Assembly (NCBI GenBank): GCA_963663035.1
Contig: OY760074.1
Location: 2,368,001 to 2,432,000, forward strand
From: Acidobacteriota bacterium
GTDB taxonomy: Bacteria; Acidobacteriota; UBA6911; RPQK01; JADFOI01
DNA: 64,000 nt
Reading direction: 5' to 3'
The notes below the pieces were generated by a model, which made no database searches, had not been told where the DNA came from, and saw only the letters and a list, made by a program, of their open reading frames with translations. Shown here in pieces: positions 11,379-20,456 of this stretch. The position numbers were made by a program, and so were the translations under genes. Within the stretch, counting starts at the first letter, position 1. The number at the start of each line of letters is the position of its first letter.

Positions 11379-12488
11379 CTACTGAGGGAACTTCTCGCTT
11401 CGTACCGTTATCTGGTCAATCCATGGGCGGTCTGGTTCATAACCAAGACCGGCTGCCCGAGGGGGAATGATAAATCCATCTGCGGTGACTTCCACAGGAG
11501 GAACAACGGTATCGCGCTCATAGTAGCGTTTGCTAGCGGAGACATCACCAGGAAGGCTGAAGTTCTCTAACGTGGAAAGCGCAATGTTATGGGCACGACC
11601 GATCCCGGTCTCCAGCATCCCTCCACACCAAACCGGAATGCCCTGCTCCTTGCAAATGTCGTGCACCCGTTTGGCCTCACCAGGACCTCCCAGCCGACCC
11701 ATCTTGATATTCATGATTCTGCAGGCCTGCACCTCGCAGGCGTGTGCAGCATCGCGAGCATGGCGAATCGATTCATCCAGACAAATTGCGGTCTCGATCC
11801 TGGCTTGCAATTTGGAGTGATCCAACAAGTCATCGTAACTCAGAGGTTGCTCAATCATCAGCAAGTTGAAGTCGTCGAACTTCTTCAGGTGGTCCGCATC
11901 CTCCAGGCTGTAAGCACCATTGGCATCCACCATCAAGAGGATCTCAGGAAAGTGATCCCGGACCTGACGCACAATGTCCACATCCCACCCCGGTTTGACC
12001 TTGATTTTGACCCGATGGTACCCGCCTTGCAGCTCCTGTTCTATTTTTTCCAGAAGGGCTGCCGGGCTTGATTGAATTCCGATGGACACACCGCAGGCGA
12101 TCTTCTCTCGGGTTCCTCCCAGAAGCTTCCATAAAGGCAAATGAAGATCCTGCGCCTGCAGGTCCCAAAGCGCCGCCTCTACACAACCTTTTGCCATACG
12201 ATGGCCGCGAATGTCTCGACACAACTCCGGAAATTCTGTGGAGCTCTCAAAGGACCATTGCACGACACGGGGCAAAATCAGCTGGGTCAGGATCGACCAG
12301 GCCGTATCCACTGTCTCCTCACTGTAAAAAGGACCCTCGCCCGCAACGCATTCACCCCACCCCACCGTCCCGCGTCCATGGACTTCCACCAGGAGGACGC
12401 GCCTCTCCTGTGTCCGCCAGAAACTGGTCTCAAAGAATTCAACCAGCGGAAGACGGATTTCCCGCAAGACGATCTGCTCAATCTTCAT
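11379..12488 (-). CDS. menC: o-succinylbenzoate synthase / N-acylamino acid racemase (enolase superfamily)
   Basis: KIKVKPG, VDANGAY, IEQPL, LDESI, NIKMGR, GGMLETGIGRA, LPGDVSAS. Confidence 0.88.
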   Translation of the reverse strand: MKIEQIVLREIRLPLVEFFETSFWRTQERRVLLVEVHGRGTVGWGECVAGEGPFYSEETVDTAWSILTQLILPRVVQWSFESSTEFPELCRDIRGHRMAKGCVEAALWDLQAQDLHLPLWKLLGGTREKIACGVSIGIQSSPAALLEKIEQELQGGYHRVKIKVKPGWDVDIVRQVRDHFPEILLMVDANGAYSLEDADHLKKFDDFNLLMIEQPLSYDDLLDHSKLQARIETAICLDESIRHARDAAHACEVQACRIMNIKMGRLGGPGEAKRVHDICKEQGIPVWCGGMLETGIGRAHNIALSTLENFSLPGDVSASKRYYERDTVVPPVEVTADGFIIPPRAAGLGYEPDRPWIDQITVRSEKFPQ

Positions 12489-12489
12489 G

Positions 12490-12538
12490 CTGTCAGGTGT
12501 CAGTTGTCAGCTGTCAGTTGTCAGTGGTCAGTGGTCAG
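12490..12538. repeat. 7-bp tandem repeat (NKGTCAG x7)
   Basis: CTGTCAG GTGTCAG TTGTCAG CTGTCAG TTGTCAG TGGTCAG TGGTCAG at the gene junction. Confidence 0.9.
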
Positions 12539-14125
12539 CTTCCTCCCCCAGCCTCCTCCCCCAGGCGTCTCAATGCGGATGATCTCGCCCTGGGAAAGAG
12601 AAAGTGAGAACTTACCGGGGAGCTTCTTCCGTTTTCCTTTGACAATCAAGTAGTTTTTCCCGGTCTTTCCGGACTCTCCGCCGTGGAGCCCATAGGGCGC
12701 ATGTCGACGACGATCCGACAGCATTGTCACCTGACAATCCGCTAACATTTCCAGGCTTCGGATGATACCGTCACCTCCCCGAAACTTCCCTTGACCGCCC
12801 GACTCCCGGCGCAATCGGTACTCTCTCACTCGCACCGGGAAATAGGTTTCCAGGGCTTCGATTGGTGTGTTCAAGGTGTTGGTCATGTGGGTGTGAACTC
12901 CGCTGTCTCCATCTGCCTGTGGACTCGCTCCCATTCCACCTCCAATCGTTTCGTAATAGGAGAAGGTCTGACCGGTGTTTGGGCCAACACTGCCCACGGT
13001 TAAGTTATTCATGGTCCCACTGGAGGCAGCGGGAATATTGTCCAACTCTGCCGTAGACAGGGCTCTCAGAAGAACATCCACAATGCGCTGGGAGGTCTCT
13101 ACATTCCCTCCTGCGGTGGCTGCCGGATAGCTGGCGTTGACAATGGTCCCGGCAGGAGTGATCACTTCCACCGGACGAAGTAGACCGGCACTGGTGGGCG
13201 CGTCATCAGGGGCCAGACAGCGCAGCACATAGTAGACAGCTGAAAGGGTAATCGCTTCCACTGCATTCACACACCCTCGTACCTGGGGGTGGGAACCGCT
13301 GAAATCGACCTTCATCCTTTCTCTGTGAACCTCCACAGACACTTTGATTTTGATGGGTCGCCTGGGAGGTTCCCTTGTTGTCCCATCATCGTCAAGAAGA
13401 TCCTCAGCCCTGTAACAGCCGTCAGGAATCCGAGAAATGAGCTGTTTCATGACCCTTTCACCATAATCCTGGAGCGCCGTCATGTAGGCTTCTACTTCTT
13501 GGCGACCGTTTTTCTCCACCATAGCCAGCAACCTTTTCTCTCCGACCTTCAAGGAGCCGATTTGAGCGGCCAGGTCTCCCTCTCGCTCTCTGGGAGTTCG
13601 GACATTCACAAGCACCAGCCGCAACAGATCTCGGTTGAGCTGTCCCCTCTGGTAAAGCCTCAAAGGAGGTATCCTGATCCCTTCTTGAAAGATGTCGGTG
13701 CTGAGGGGCATGGAACCGGGAGAAATTCCTCCCACATCGGAATGATGTGCCCGGCAAGCCACAAAGGAGACGGGCCGGGAAACATCCGATGGCTCAAAAA
13801 GGGGCGCAACCATGGTCACGTCCGGCAGATGGGTCCCCCCCGCGAAGGGGTCGTTCAAAAACACAACATCACCCGGGTGGAGTGGAAAAGCATCGATCGC
13901 CGCCCTGACGGCTAGTGGCATCGATCCCAGATGGACCGGCATATGATCTCCCATGGCCACCAGTTGACCTTGACCGTCGAATAGAGCACAGGAGTAATCT
14001 CTTCGCTCTTTAATGTTAGGAGAATAGGCAGTCCGCCTCAGGACAGTACCCATCTCCTGCGCAATCGAGGAAAAGAGATTTCGATAGATTTCAAGTTTGA
14101 TGGGATGAAAGGAGTCCGACATCAC
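12521..14125 (-). CDS. Hydantoinase B / 5-oxoprolinase subunit
   Basis: SPNIKERRDYSC, PVHLGS, NDPFAGGTHLPD, HHSDVGG, NTPIEALE, TPGGGGWG. Confidence 0.92.
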   Translation of the reverse strand: MMSDSFHPIKLEIYRNLFSSIAQEMGTVLRRTAYSPNIKERRDYSCALFDGQGQLVAMGDHMPVHLGSMPLAVRAAIDAFPLHPGDVVFLNDPFAGGTHLPDVTMVAPLFEPSDVSRPVSFVACRAHHSDVGGISPGSMPLSTDIFQEGIRIPPLRLYQRGQLNRDLLRLVLVNVRTPREREGDLAAQIGSLKVGEKRLLAMVEKNGRQEVEAYMTALQDYGERVMKQLISRIPDGCYRAEDLLDDDGTTREPPRRPIKIKVSVEVHRERMKVDFSGSHPQVRGCVNAVEAITLSAVYYVLRCLAPDDAPTSAGLLRPVEVITPAGTIVNASYPAATAGGNVETSQRIVDVLLRALSTAELDNIPAASSGTMNNLTVGSVGPNTGQTFSYYETIGGGMGASPQADGDSGVHTHMTNTLNTPIEALETYFPVRVREYRLRRESGGQGKFRGGDGIIRSLEMLADCQVTMLSDRRRHAPYGLHGGESGKTGKNYLIVKGKRKKLPGKFSLSLSQGEIIRIETPGGGGWGRKLTTDH

Positions 14126-14133
14126 AGTTTGGC

Positions 14134-14173
14134 ATTATATCTGGGGACAGCGTAGCCTGTCCCCAGATATAAT
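14134..14173. promoter_or_regulatory. Perfect 17-bp inverted repeat with outward-facing TATAAT boxes between divergent genes
   Basis: ATTATATCTGGGGACAG-cgtagc-CTGTCCCCAGATATAAT. Confidence 0.55.
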
Positions 14174-14194
14174 TATCCCCTGTATGATTTTCCC

Positions 14195-15049
14195 ATGAAA
14201 AAGCTGGCTCTTCTCCTGGAAGCGATCAAGTTCGAGCACACGATTTTTGCGCTTCCGTTCGCCTTTCTGGGGGCCTTTCTGGCAGCCCGGGGCTTTCCGG
14301 GCTGGGAGATCAGCTTCTGGATCATCATGGCCATGACCGGAGCTCGGAGCGCAGCAATGTCCTTTAATCGGCTAGCCGACCGCTTGGATGACCGCCTGAA
14401 TCCACGCACGGCTAACCGTGCCCTCCCCCGCCAACTCCTGAGCCCGCAACTTGTCGCACTGTTCACGCTGGCCAGCTCAACACTGTTCATCTTTTCGGCC
14501 TGGATGCTCAATGACCTGGCTTTTCAGCTTTCCCCCATCGCCTTGATCATCATCCTTTTTTACAGCTACACCAAGAGGTTTACATCACTCTCCCATCTGG
14601 TTCTGGGACTCTCACTTGCCATAGCTCCAGTGGGCGGTTGGGTTGCGGTTCAAGGGGAACTCCAGCTCGCTTCTTTCTATGTGGCGGCTGCCGTTCTTTT
14701 CTGGGTAGGAGGATTTGACATTATCTATGCGTGTCAGGATTATGACTTTGACCGAAACTTCGGCCGACATTCCTTACCCAGTAAAGTGGGCATCAAGACA
14801 GCGCTTCAAATCTCCTCCTGGTTACATGTCTTGATGATGCTTGTGCTCATCTACGCTTTTCTCTACTTCCAGCTCTCCCTTCTGAGCTGGATCGGTCTAA
14901 TCCTGGTCGGAATGGGACTCATTTATGAACACAGTCTGGTTCACCCGGAGGATCTGAGTCGCCTCAATGCTGCTTTTTTTACTCTCAACGGCCTCATCAG
15001 TTCTGTTTTATTTGTCTTCGTCGGTCTCGATCTGTGCCTAACTCCTTAG
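14195..15049 (+). CDS. UbiA-family polyprenyltransferase (MqnP-like)
   Basis: IKFEHTIFALPFA, NRLADRLDDRLNPRT, YSYTKRFT, FDIIYACQD; multiple TM helices. Confidence 0.9.
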   Translation: MKKLALLLEAIKFEHTIFALPFAFLGAFLAARGFPGWEISFWIIMAMTGARSAAMSFNRLADRLDDRLNPRTANRALPRQLLSPQLVALFTLASSTLFIFSAWMLNDLAFQLSPIALIIILFYSYTKRFTSLSHLVLGLSLAIAPVGGWVAVQGELQLASFYVAAAVLFWVGGFDIIYACQDYDFDRNFGRHSLPSKVGIKTALQISSWLHVLMMLVLIYAFLYFQLSLLSWIGLILVGMGLIYEHSLVHPEDLSRLNAAFFTLNGLISSVLFVFVGLDLCLTP

Positions 15050-15177
15050 CTGGGAACATGCCAACCGGTGTTGACATTTCGACGCTGTCGTGACTGCAAA
15101 TGCTGTGCAAGCGCTCGAATAACACAACATACAGTAGTGGGCAGAACATGACAAGCAATATGTGACTCGGTTGACAT

Positions 15178-15193
15178 TGGCACGCCATTTGCT
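15178..15193 (+). promoter_or_regulatory. sigma54 -24/-12 promoter (orphaned by IS3)
   Basis: TGGCACG-CCAT-TTGCT matches consensus. Confidence 0.7.
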
Positions 15194-15394
15194 TCACGCA
15201 CAGAGGAGTTTTTATTCATTGGAGTTTTTGACTCGTACTTTATGCTGTTTAATCGTTATAATAAGTAGAAGTAAATGTTAAGAGATTAGCTTTCGGGCTG
15301 CGGTCGCGAGCGCGTCTCCAGCCCAAAGTGACCTTGCCCCCTAAAACGAGTCCAGTTTGAATGTTAGGATTTCCGGTTTAGGAAGGAGGCAAGG

Positions 15395-15673
15395 ATGGCA
15401 GGGAAGCGGTTTAGGGCAGAACAGATCATCATGAAGCTGCGTGAGGCAGAGGTGGGTCTGGCCCAAGGACAGAGGGTGGGACAGGTGTCGAAGCAGATGG
15501 GGGTGAGCGAGCAGACCTACTACCGGTGGCGCAAAGAGTACGGAGGGCTCCGGTTGGACCAGGCCAAGAGGTTGAAGGTGTTGGAGAAGGAGAATACCCG
15601 GTTGAAGAAGCTGGTGGCGGATCTGTCTTTGGACAAGCAGATCCTGAAGGAAGTGTCCTCGGGAAACTTCTAG
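15395..15673 (+). CDS. IS3 OrfA
   Basis: KRFRAEQII...[19 protein letters not shown]; ends at slippery G GGA AAC (15661-15667). Confidence 0.92.
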   Translation: MAGKRFRAEQIIMKLREAEVGLAQGQRVGQVSKQMGVSEQTYYRWRKEYGGLRLDQAKRLKVLEKENTRLKKLVADLSLDKQILKEVSSGNF

Positions 15674-16566
15674 GCCCGGCGAACAGGAGACGAGCGGTGA
15701 TGTGGGTACGAGAGCGATTAGGAGCAGAGCGAGTCTCCGAACGTCGGGCCTGCCAAGTGCTGGGACAGGTTCGATCGACCCAGCGAAGGGAAAGGCAAAT
15801 TCCCGATGATGAGGCCCGATTGGTGGCCCGGATGGTGGAGTTGGCTACGCAATACGGGCGTTATGGCTACCGGCGGGTCACGGCGATACTTCATGGGGAA
15901 GGGTGGAAGGTGAATCCTAAGCGGGTGGAGAGGCTGTGGAGACAAGAAGGGCTGAAAGTCCCGTCCAGACAGCCGAAACGAAGGAGGCTGTGGCTTAATG
16001 ACGGTTCCTGTGTTCGGTTACGAGCGGCTCGCAAGAACCACGTCTGGAGCTATGATTTCGTGCATGAACGGACCCATGATGGGCGAGCCTTTCGGCTATT
16101 GACGATCCTGGATGAGTACACCAGAGAGTGCCTCGCCATTGATGTGAAACGGCAGATGAATCACCAAGACGTGTTGGACCGGCTGGCGGAGTTATTCGTT
16201 GATCGGGGAGTGCCTGAGTTTATCCGGTCCGATAACGGATCGGAGTTTACGGCACAGGCGGTCCGGGACTGGCTGCAGGCTGTTGGGGTAAGGACCTTGT
16301 ACATCGAGCCGGGCAGCCCCTGGGAGAATGGGTACATTGAGAGTTTCAACGGGAAACTACGGGATGAGCTGCTGAACATGGAGATCTTCGACACGCTGGG
16401 GGAAGCCAAGGTGTTGGTAGAACGCTGGCGGAGGGATTACAATCAGATCCGGCCTCACAGCGCCTTGGCCTATCGGCCGCCGGCGCCAGAGGCCAAACTA
16501 CCTAGGTCGCAGGCACTGGATCCAATCCCTTGGAGTGGACTTCAAATGGTCCCGGGTCTAGCATAG
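15661..16566 (+). CDS. IS3 OrfB (DDE), expressed by -1 frameshift
   Basis: [30 protein letters not shown]; -1 frame relative to OrfA. Confidence 0.92.
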   Translation, partial: GKLLGPANRRRAVMWVRERLGAERVSERRACQVLGQVRSTQRRERQIPDDEARLVARMVELATQYGRYGYRRVTAILHGEGWKVNPKRVERLWRQEGLKVPSRQPKRRRLWLNDGSCVRLRAARKNHVWSYDFVHERTHDGRAFRLLTILDEYTRECLAIDVKRQMNHQDVLDRLAELFVDRGVPEFIRSDNGSEFTAQAVRDWLQAVGVRTLYIEPGSPWENGYIESFNGKLRDELLNMEIFDTLGEAKVLVERWRRDYNQIRPHSALAYRPPAPEAKLPRSQALDPIPWSGLQMVPGLA

Positions 16567-16595
16567 AGGGTGGACTCGTTCGTGGGGGCAGGTCA

Positions 16596-17177
16596 ATGGG
16601 AATAAGTGATTTTATGGTCGCCTATATCCTCCCGGTTTTGGCCGCCGGGACTTTGCTTGGGGTGGCTGGTCAGCGTTACTACACCACTTACGCAGGCCGG
16701 TTGAGAATCGACGGAATCATTCTGAAAATCCCAATCTTCGGAGCCACCATCCAGAAGATCATTGTGGCCCGATTCTCCCGCACCCTCGGTACCCTCCTTA
16801 CCAGTGGTATTTCCATCCTTGAGGCACTGGATATTACCGCTCGCACGGCTGGAAACCTGGTGATTCAAAACGCCCTGCTGGATGCCCGAAAGGCAGTGCA
16901 AGAGGGAAACACCCTGGTTGACCCTCTCAAACGGTCTGATCTCTTTCCTCCCATGGTGGTCCAGATGGTGGGTGTAGGCGAACAGACAGGTGAGCTGGAT
17001 CAGATGCTCCAAAAGATGGCCGACTTTTACGAAGAGCAAGCGGATGCTGCTATTGCCGACTTCTTGACCATGATCGAGCCTTTGATGATTGTCTTTCTGG
17101 GCGGGATTATTGGCGGTATTGTCATCTCTATGTATTTGCCAATCTTCAGTCTGATCGGGAAGCTGGCAGGTGGATGA
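16596..17177 (+). pseudogene. pilC: Type IV pilus platform protein PilC, C-terminal half only
   Basis: ARFSRTLGTLLTSGI, FPPMVVQMVGVGEQTGELD, SMYLPIF; begins exactly at the IS3 end. Confidence 0.85.
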
Positions 17178-18753
17178 TTTCAAGCAGAAGCTTCTGACAC
17201 TCATTATCGTCAGGCTCGTCCTGGTGAGCCTGGTGCTGGGGTTCGCAATCTTTGCCCTCTCCCAGCAAGTGTCTTCCTTTGAGTTCCTTCAGCCCTTCAT
17301 CCTGGCTCTCTATGTGCTTTCGGTGGCCTATGTCCTGCTCTGGAAGTATACGGACCGGCTAAGCGCCATCTACCACATTCAGTTCTTCTTCGATCTCATT
17401 CTGATCTCCTTGCTCATTTTTGTCTCGGGTGGAATCAACAGTCTTTTTACACCCTTTTACGTCCTCATCATTGTCTACGCCAGCTTGCTGAAAAATCGGG
17501 AAGGGGGCATCGTCGCTCTCACCTTGAGCATCACCTCCTACTCGGGAATCGTCCATCTCGGCTACCTGGGTTGGGTTCCCGGGGGGGGCGACATCGGACC
17601 CTATTCTCTAATCGTTTACCGAATCTCTTTGAATACACTGGGTTTCATGGGCGTTGCCATGCTCGGGATCTATCTCTCTGAACGCCTGCAAAGTGCACGC
17701 CATGAATTGGGTACCGCGAAAATCGTCCACCAGACCATTGTCGATAGTATCCGTGATGGACTGATCACTCTCGACTTGCCAGGTCGGATTACCTCCTGCA
17801 ATCGCTCAGGCGAAGAAATCTGTGGATTCTCACAGCAGGAGTTGCTCTCGCAGTCGATTTCCGACCTTTTCTCCGAGTCGGTATTACAGAGCATCTTAAG
17901 GAGCGACTTTGAGTTGAATCCACGAGCACTCCATATAGAATGCTGGTCCAGGGATAAGACAGGACAGCCACTGTTTGTGGGATTGAGCTGTTCTCCCCTC
18001 TTTTCTCATGACCAGAGGCAGACAGGCTACATTCTCTCCGTACAGGATCTGACTGAAATCAAGAAGCGCGAAGAGGAGGTTCAGCTCCAGGAGAAAATGG
18101 CTGCCATTGGAGAAGTGGCAGCTGGCCTGGCGCATGAGATTCGGAACCCGCTCGGCTCCTTGTGGGGAAGTATCCAGGTTCTGCAGTCCGAATTGCACTT
18201 ATCTGACGAGAAAGCACGACTCATCAATATCATTCTCAGAGAGTGTAAGCGACTCAACAAGATCGTAGGTGATTTCTTGGCCTATGCCGGACCCCGCTCG
18301 GGCCACCTGAAGCGAGTTGAACTTCTGTCTTTGGTCCAGGACACTGTAGATCTCTTTAAGCACAGTCCTGACTTTCAGGGAGGGCACAGCATCGAGATCC
18401 TGCCTTCTCCCAAACCGCTTCGCTGTCTGGCTGATTCCGATCAGTTTCGACAGGTGATCTGGAACATCATCCAGAACGGTGTTCGGGCCATGCCCACAGG
18501 AGGCCAGCTCTCGATCCAGCTCCGTCAAATGGATTCCCGAGCCCTGTTGAGTTTTCGCGATGAGGGGATGGGGATGAGTTCAAAGCAAAAGAAGGAGCTT
18601 TTCCAGCCCTTTCTCAGCGGTTTTAAGAAGGGAGCCGGACTGGGGATGGCCATTGTCTATCAGATCGTTCAGCAGCATCACGGACAGATCGACATCCGCA
18701 GCGAGCGCAATGCCGGTACCACCATCGACATCTCGCTTCCCATTGAGCATTGA
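17170..18753 (+). CDS. pilS: PilS-like membrane PAS sensor histidine kinase
   Basis: N-terminal TMs, PAS, LAHEIRNPL, GAGLGMAIV; pil context. Confidence 0.85.
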   Translation: MDDFKQKLLTLIIVRLVLVSLVLGFAIFALSQQVSSFEFLQPFILALYVLSVAYVLLWKYTDRLSAIYHIQFFFDLILISLLIFVSGGINSLFTPFYVLIIVYASLLKNREGGIVALTLSITSYSGIVHLGYLGWVPGGGDIGPYSLIVYRISLNTLGFMGVAMLGIYLSERLQSARHELGTAKIVHQTIVDSIRDGLITLDLPGRITSCNRSGEEICGFSQQELLSQSISDLFSESVLQSILRSDFELNPRALHIECWSRDKTGQPLFVGLSCSPLFSHDQRQTGYILSVQDLTEIKKREEEVQLQEKMAAIGEVAAGLAHEIRNPLGSLWGSIQVLQSELHLSDEKARLINIILRECKRLNKIVGDFLAYAGPRSGHLKRVELLSLVQDTVDLFKHSPDFQGGHSIEILPSPKPLRCLADSDQFRQVIWNIIQNGVRAMPTGGQLSIQLRQMDSRALLSFRDEGMGMSSKQKKELFQPFLSGFKKGAGLGMAIVYQIVQQHHGQIDIRSERNAGTTIDISLPIEH

Positions 18754-18760
18754 GTGGAAA

Positions 18761-18872
18761 GGAGATAGGAGGCAGGAGGCAGGAGATAAGAGTCTAGATT
18801 CTAGCTTCTGACTTCCTTCTTATTCCTTCTTATCTGATCCTGACTCCTGATCCTGACTCCTGCCTCCTGTCC
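18761..18872. repeat. Opposed 7-bp tandem tracts (GGAGRYA / TCCTGNC) between convergent pilS and pilR
   Basis: GGAGATA GGAGGCA GGAGGCA GGAGATA ... TCCTGAC TCCTGCC TCCTGTC. Confidence 0.75.
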
Positions 18873-20249
18873 CTTCTTCTTAATCCCCAGGGTCTCTACA
18901 CGGTGCCTGAGAGAACGATAGGAGACCTTCAGAATCTCCGCTGCTCTGGTCTGATTGCCTTCCGCTAGTTCAAGAGCTTGTTCAACGAGCTGCCGCTCCA
19001 CTTTCTTCAGATACTCCTCCAAATCCAAACCCTCGTCGGCAGAAAACCTGGGCAGGCCGAGCTGATGAGCACTAACCTGCCCACGTACTTTCTCAGGCAG
19101 TCTTTCCTTTTGGATAAAGTCACTGTTCTCCAGAGTCGAGGCTCTTTCGATGACATTCTCCAACTCTCTTACATTACCGGGCCAATTATACTCCTCAAGG
19201 CAGGCTAATCCTTCCTCGGTCATTCCCTTGATCTCTCGACCCAACCGTTCATTGTACTTTTGGATAAAGTGCCGTACCAAAGGAACAATGTCGGGCCTGC
19301 GGGCACGCAGAGGGGGGATGTGTATGGGAATGACAGCTAACCGATAGTAGAGATCCTCCCGAAAAGTCCCCTCTTCCACCCCCTTCTCCAAGTCTTGGTT
19401 GGTGGCCGCAATCAGGCGCGCATCGATGTCAATCTCATCGGTCCCCCCGATTTTTCGAATTTTCTTTTCTTGCAGGGCTCGCAGAATCTTGACCTGCATG
19501 GAGGGGACCATTTCGCCCACTTCGTCCAAGAACAGGGTTCCTCCGATGGCCGCTTCAAAGAGGCCCTTCTTGTCTTTCACAGCACCTGTGAAGGACCCTC
19601 TCATGTATCCGAAAAGCTCAGACTCCAAAAGCGTCTCTGGGAAGGCTCCACAGTTTATGGAGACAAAAGGGGACTCTGGGGCAAGACTGGCCTGATGAAT
19701 TGCCCGGGCCACCAGCTCCTTTCCTGTTCCGCTTTCACCTGAAATCAAGATAGTGGTGTCGGTCGGGGCGATGGTTCCGATTAGTTTATAGATCTCGAGC
19801 ATGGCAGGAGAGGTACCAATCATTTCGTCCTCTTCGCTGCGCTGTCTCTCCAACACCCTGACCTGATGCCTCAGATCTCGAGCCAGGAGAGCATTCTTGA
19901 CCAGGTTCTTGAATGCCTCCACCTGGAAGGGCTTGGTAATGTAATCGAAGGCTCCCAGCTTCAGGGCTTCGATGGCCGTGTCTGAAGACGCGTAAGCCGT
20001 CATGAAAATAAAGGGGATCTCCGGATCAATCCTTTTGGATGCCTTCAGCAATTCCAAACCATCCACATCGGGCATCCTCAAATCTGAAATCACCAAATCA
20101 AAACCGCTCTTTTCTGAGAGCAACTCCACTGCCTTTTGCCCTTCCTGAACACTGCTCACCGTATATCCTTCTTTGTCCAGGACATACTCCAGGAATTCGA
20201 GCATGCTCTTCTCGTCATCTACAACCAGGATTTGCTCCACAGGCTTCAT
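18801..20249 (-). CDS. pilR: PilR-like sigma54-dependent response regulator
   Basis: REC domain, GESGTGKE, GSFTGA, WPGNVRELEN, C-terminal HTH. Confidence 0.9.
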   Translation of the reverse strand: MKPVEQILVVDDEKSMLEFLEYVLDKEGYTVSSVQEGQKAVELLSEKSGFDLVISDLRMPDVDGLELLKASKRIDPEIPFIFMTAYASSDTAIEALKLGAFDYITKPFQVEAFKNLVKNALLARDLRHQVRVLERQRSEEDEMIGTSPAMLEIYKLIGTIAPTDTTILISGESGTGKELVARAIHQASLAPESPFVSINCGAFPETLLESELFGYMRGSFTGAVKDKKGLFEAAIGGTLFLDEVGEMVPSMQVKILRALQEKKIRKIGGTDEIDIDARLIAATNQDLEKGVEEGTFREDLYYRLAVIPIHIPPLRARRPDIVPLVRHFIQKYNERLGREIKGMTEEGLACLEEYNWPGNVRELENVIERASTLENSDFIQKERLPEKVRGQVSAHQLGLPRFSADEGLDLEEYLKKVERQLVEQALELAEGNQTRAAEILKVSYRSLRHRVETLGIKKKGQEAGVRIRSQDQIRRNKKEVRS

Positions 20250-20366
20250 TATAATGAATAATGCATGGCTTGACCCTTTTCGTCAGTCCAATTGACAGAT
20301 AGCGTCCAACTCACGCGTGTACAGGGAGGGGGTGCCCGGCTCCAACAAAGACTATAACTCTTTCAA

Positions 20367-20379
20367 TATCAAGTCTTTG
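20367..20379 (+). promoter_or_regulatory. IHF binding site
   Basis: TATCAAGTCTTTG fits WATCARNNNNTTR just upstream of the sigma54 promoter. Confidence 0.55.
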
Positions 20380-20408
20380 CGTAATATTTTCGCCGTTCGC
20401 ACCTTTTT

Positions 20409-20424
20409 TGGCACAACTCTTGCT
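20409..20424 (+). promoter_or_regulatory. sigma54 promoter of pilA
   Basis: TGGCAC-AACTC-TTGCT, followed by AGGAGG SD. Confidence 0.85.
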
Positions 20425-20456
20425 TAGTACTGCTTCTGGAAAGGAGGAATTAACTT

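Larger units (their letters stand above)
15329..16595 (+). mobile_element. IS3-family (IS407-like) element, copy 1
   Basis: TG...CA ends with IRs TGACCTTGCCCCCTAAAACGAGTCCA / TGACCTGCCCCCACGAACGAGTCCA; 1267 bp; no TSD. Confidence 0.95.

Noticed and set aside
12490-12538. CRISPR array
   Set aside because: Contiguous 7-bp units with no spacers; no 25-45 bp repeat-spacer array or cas gene anywhere in the window
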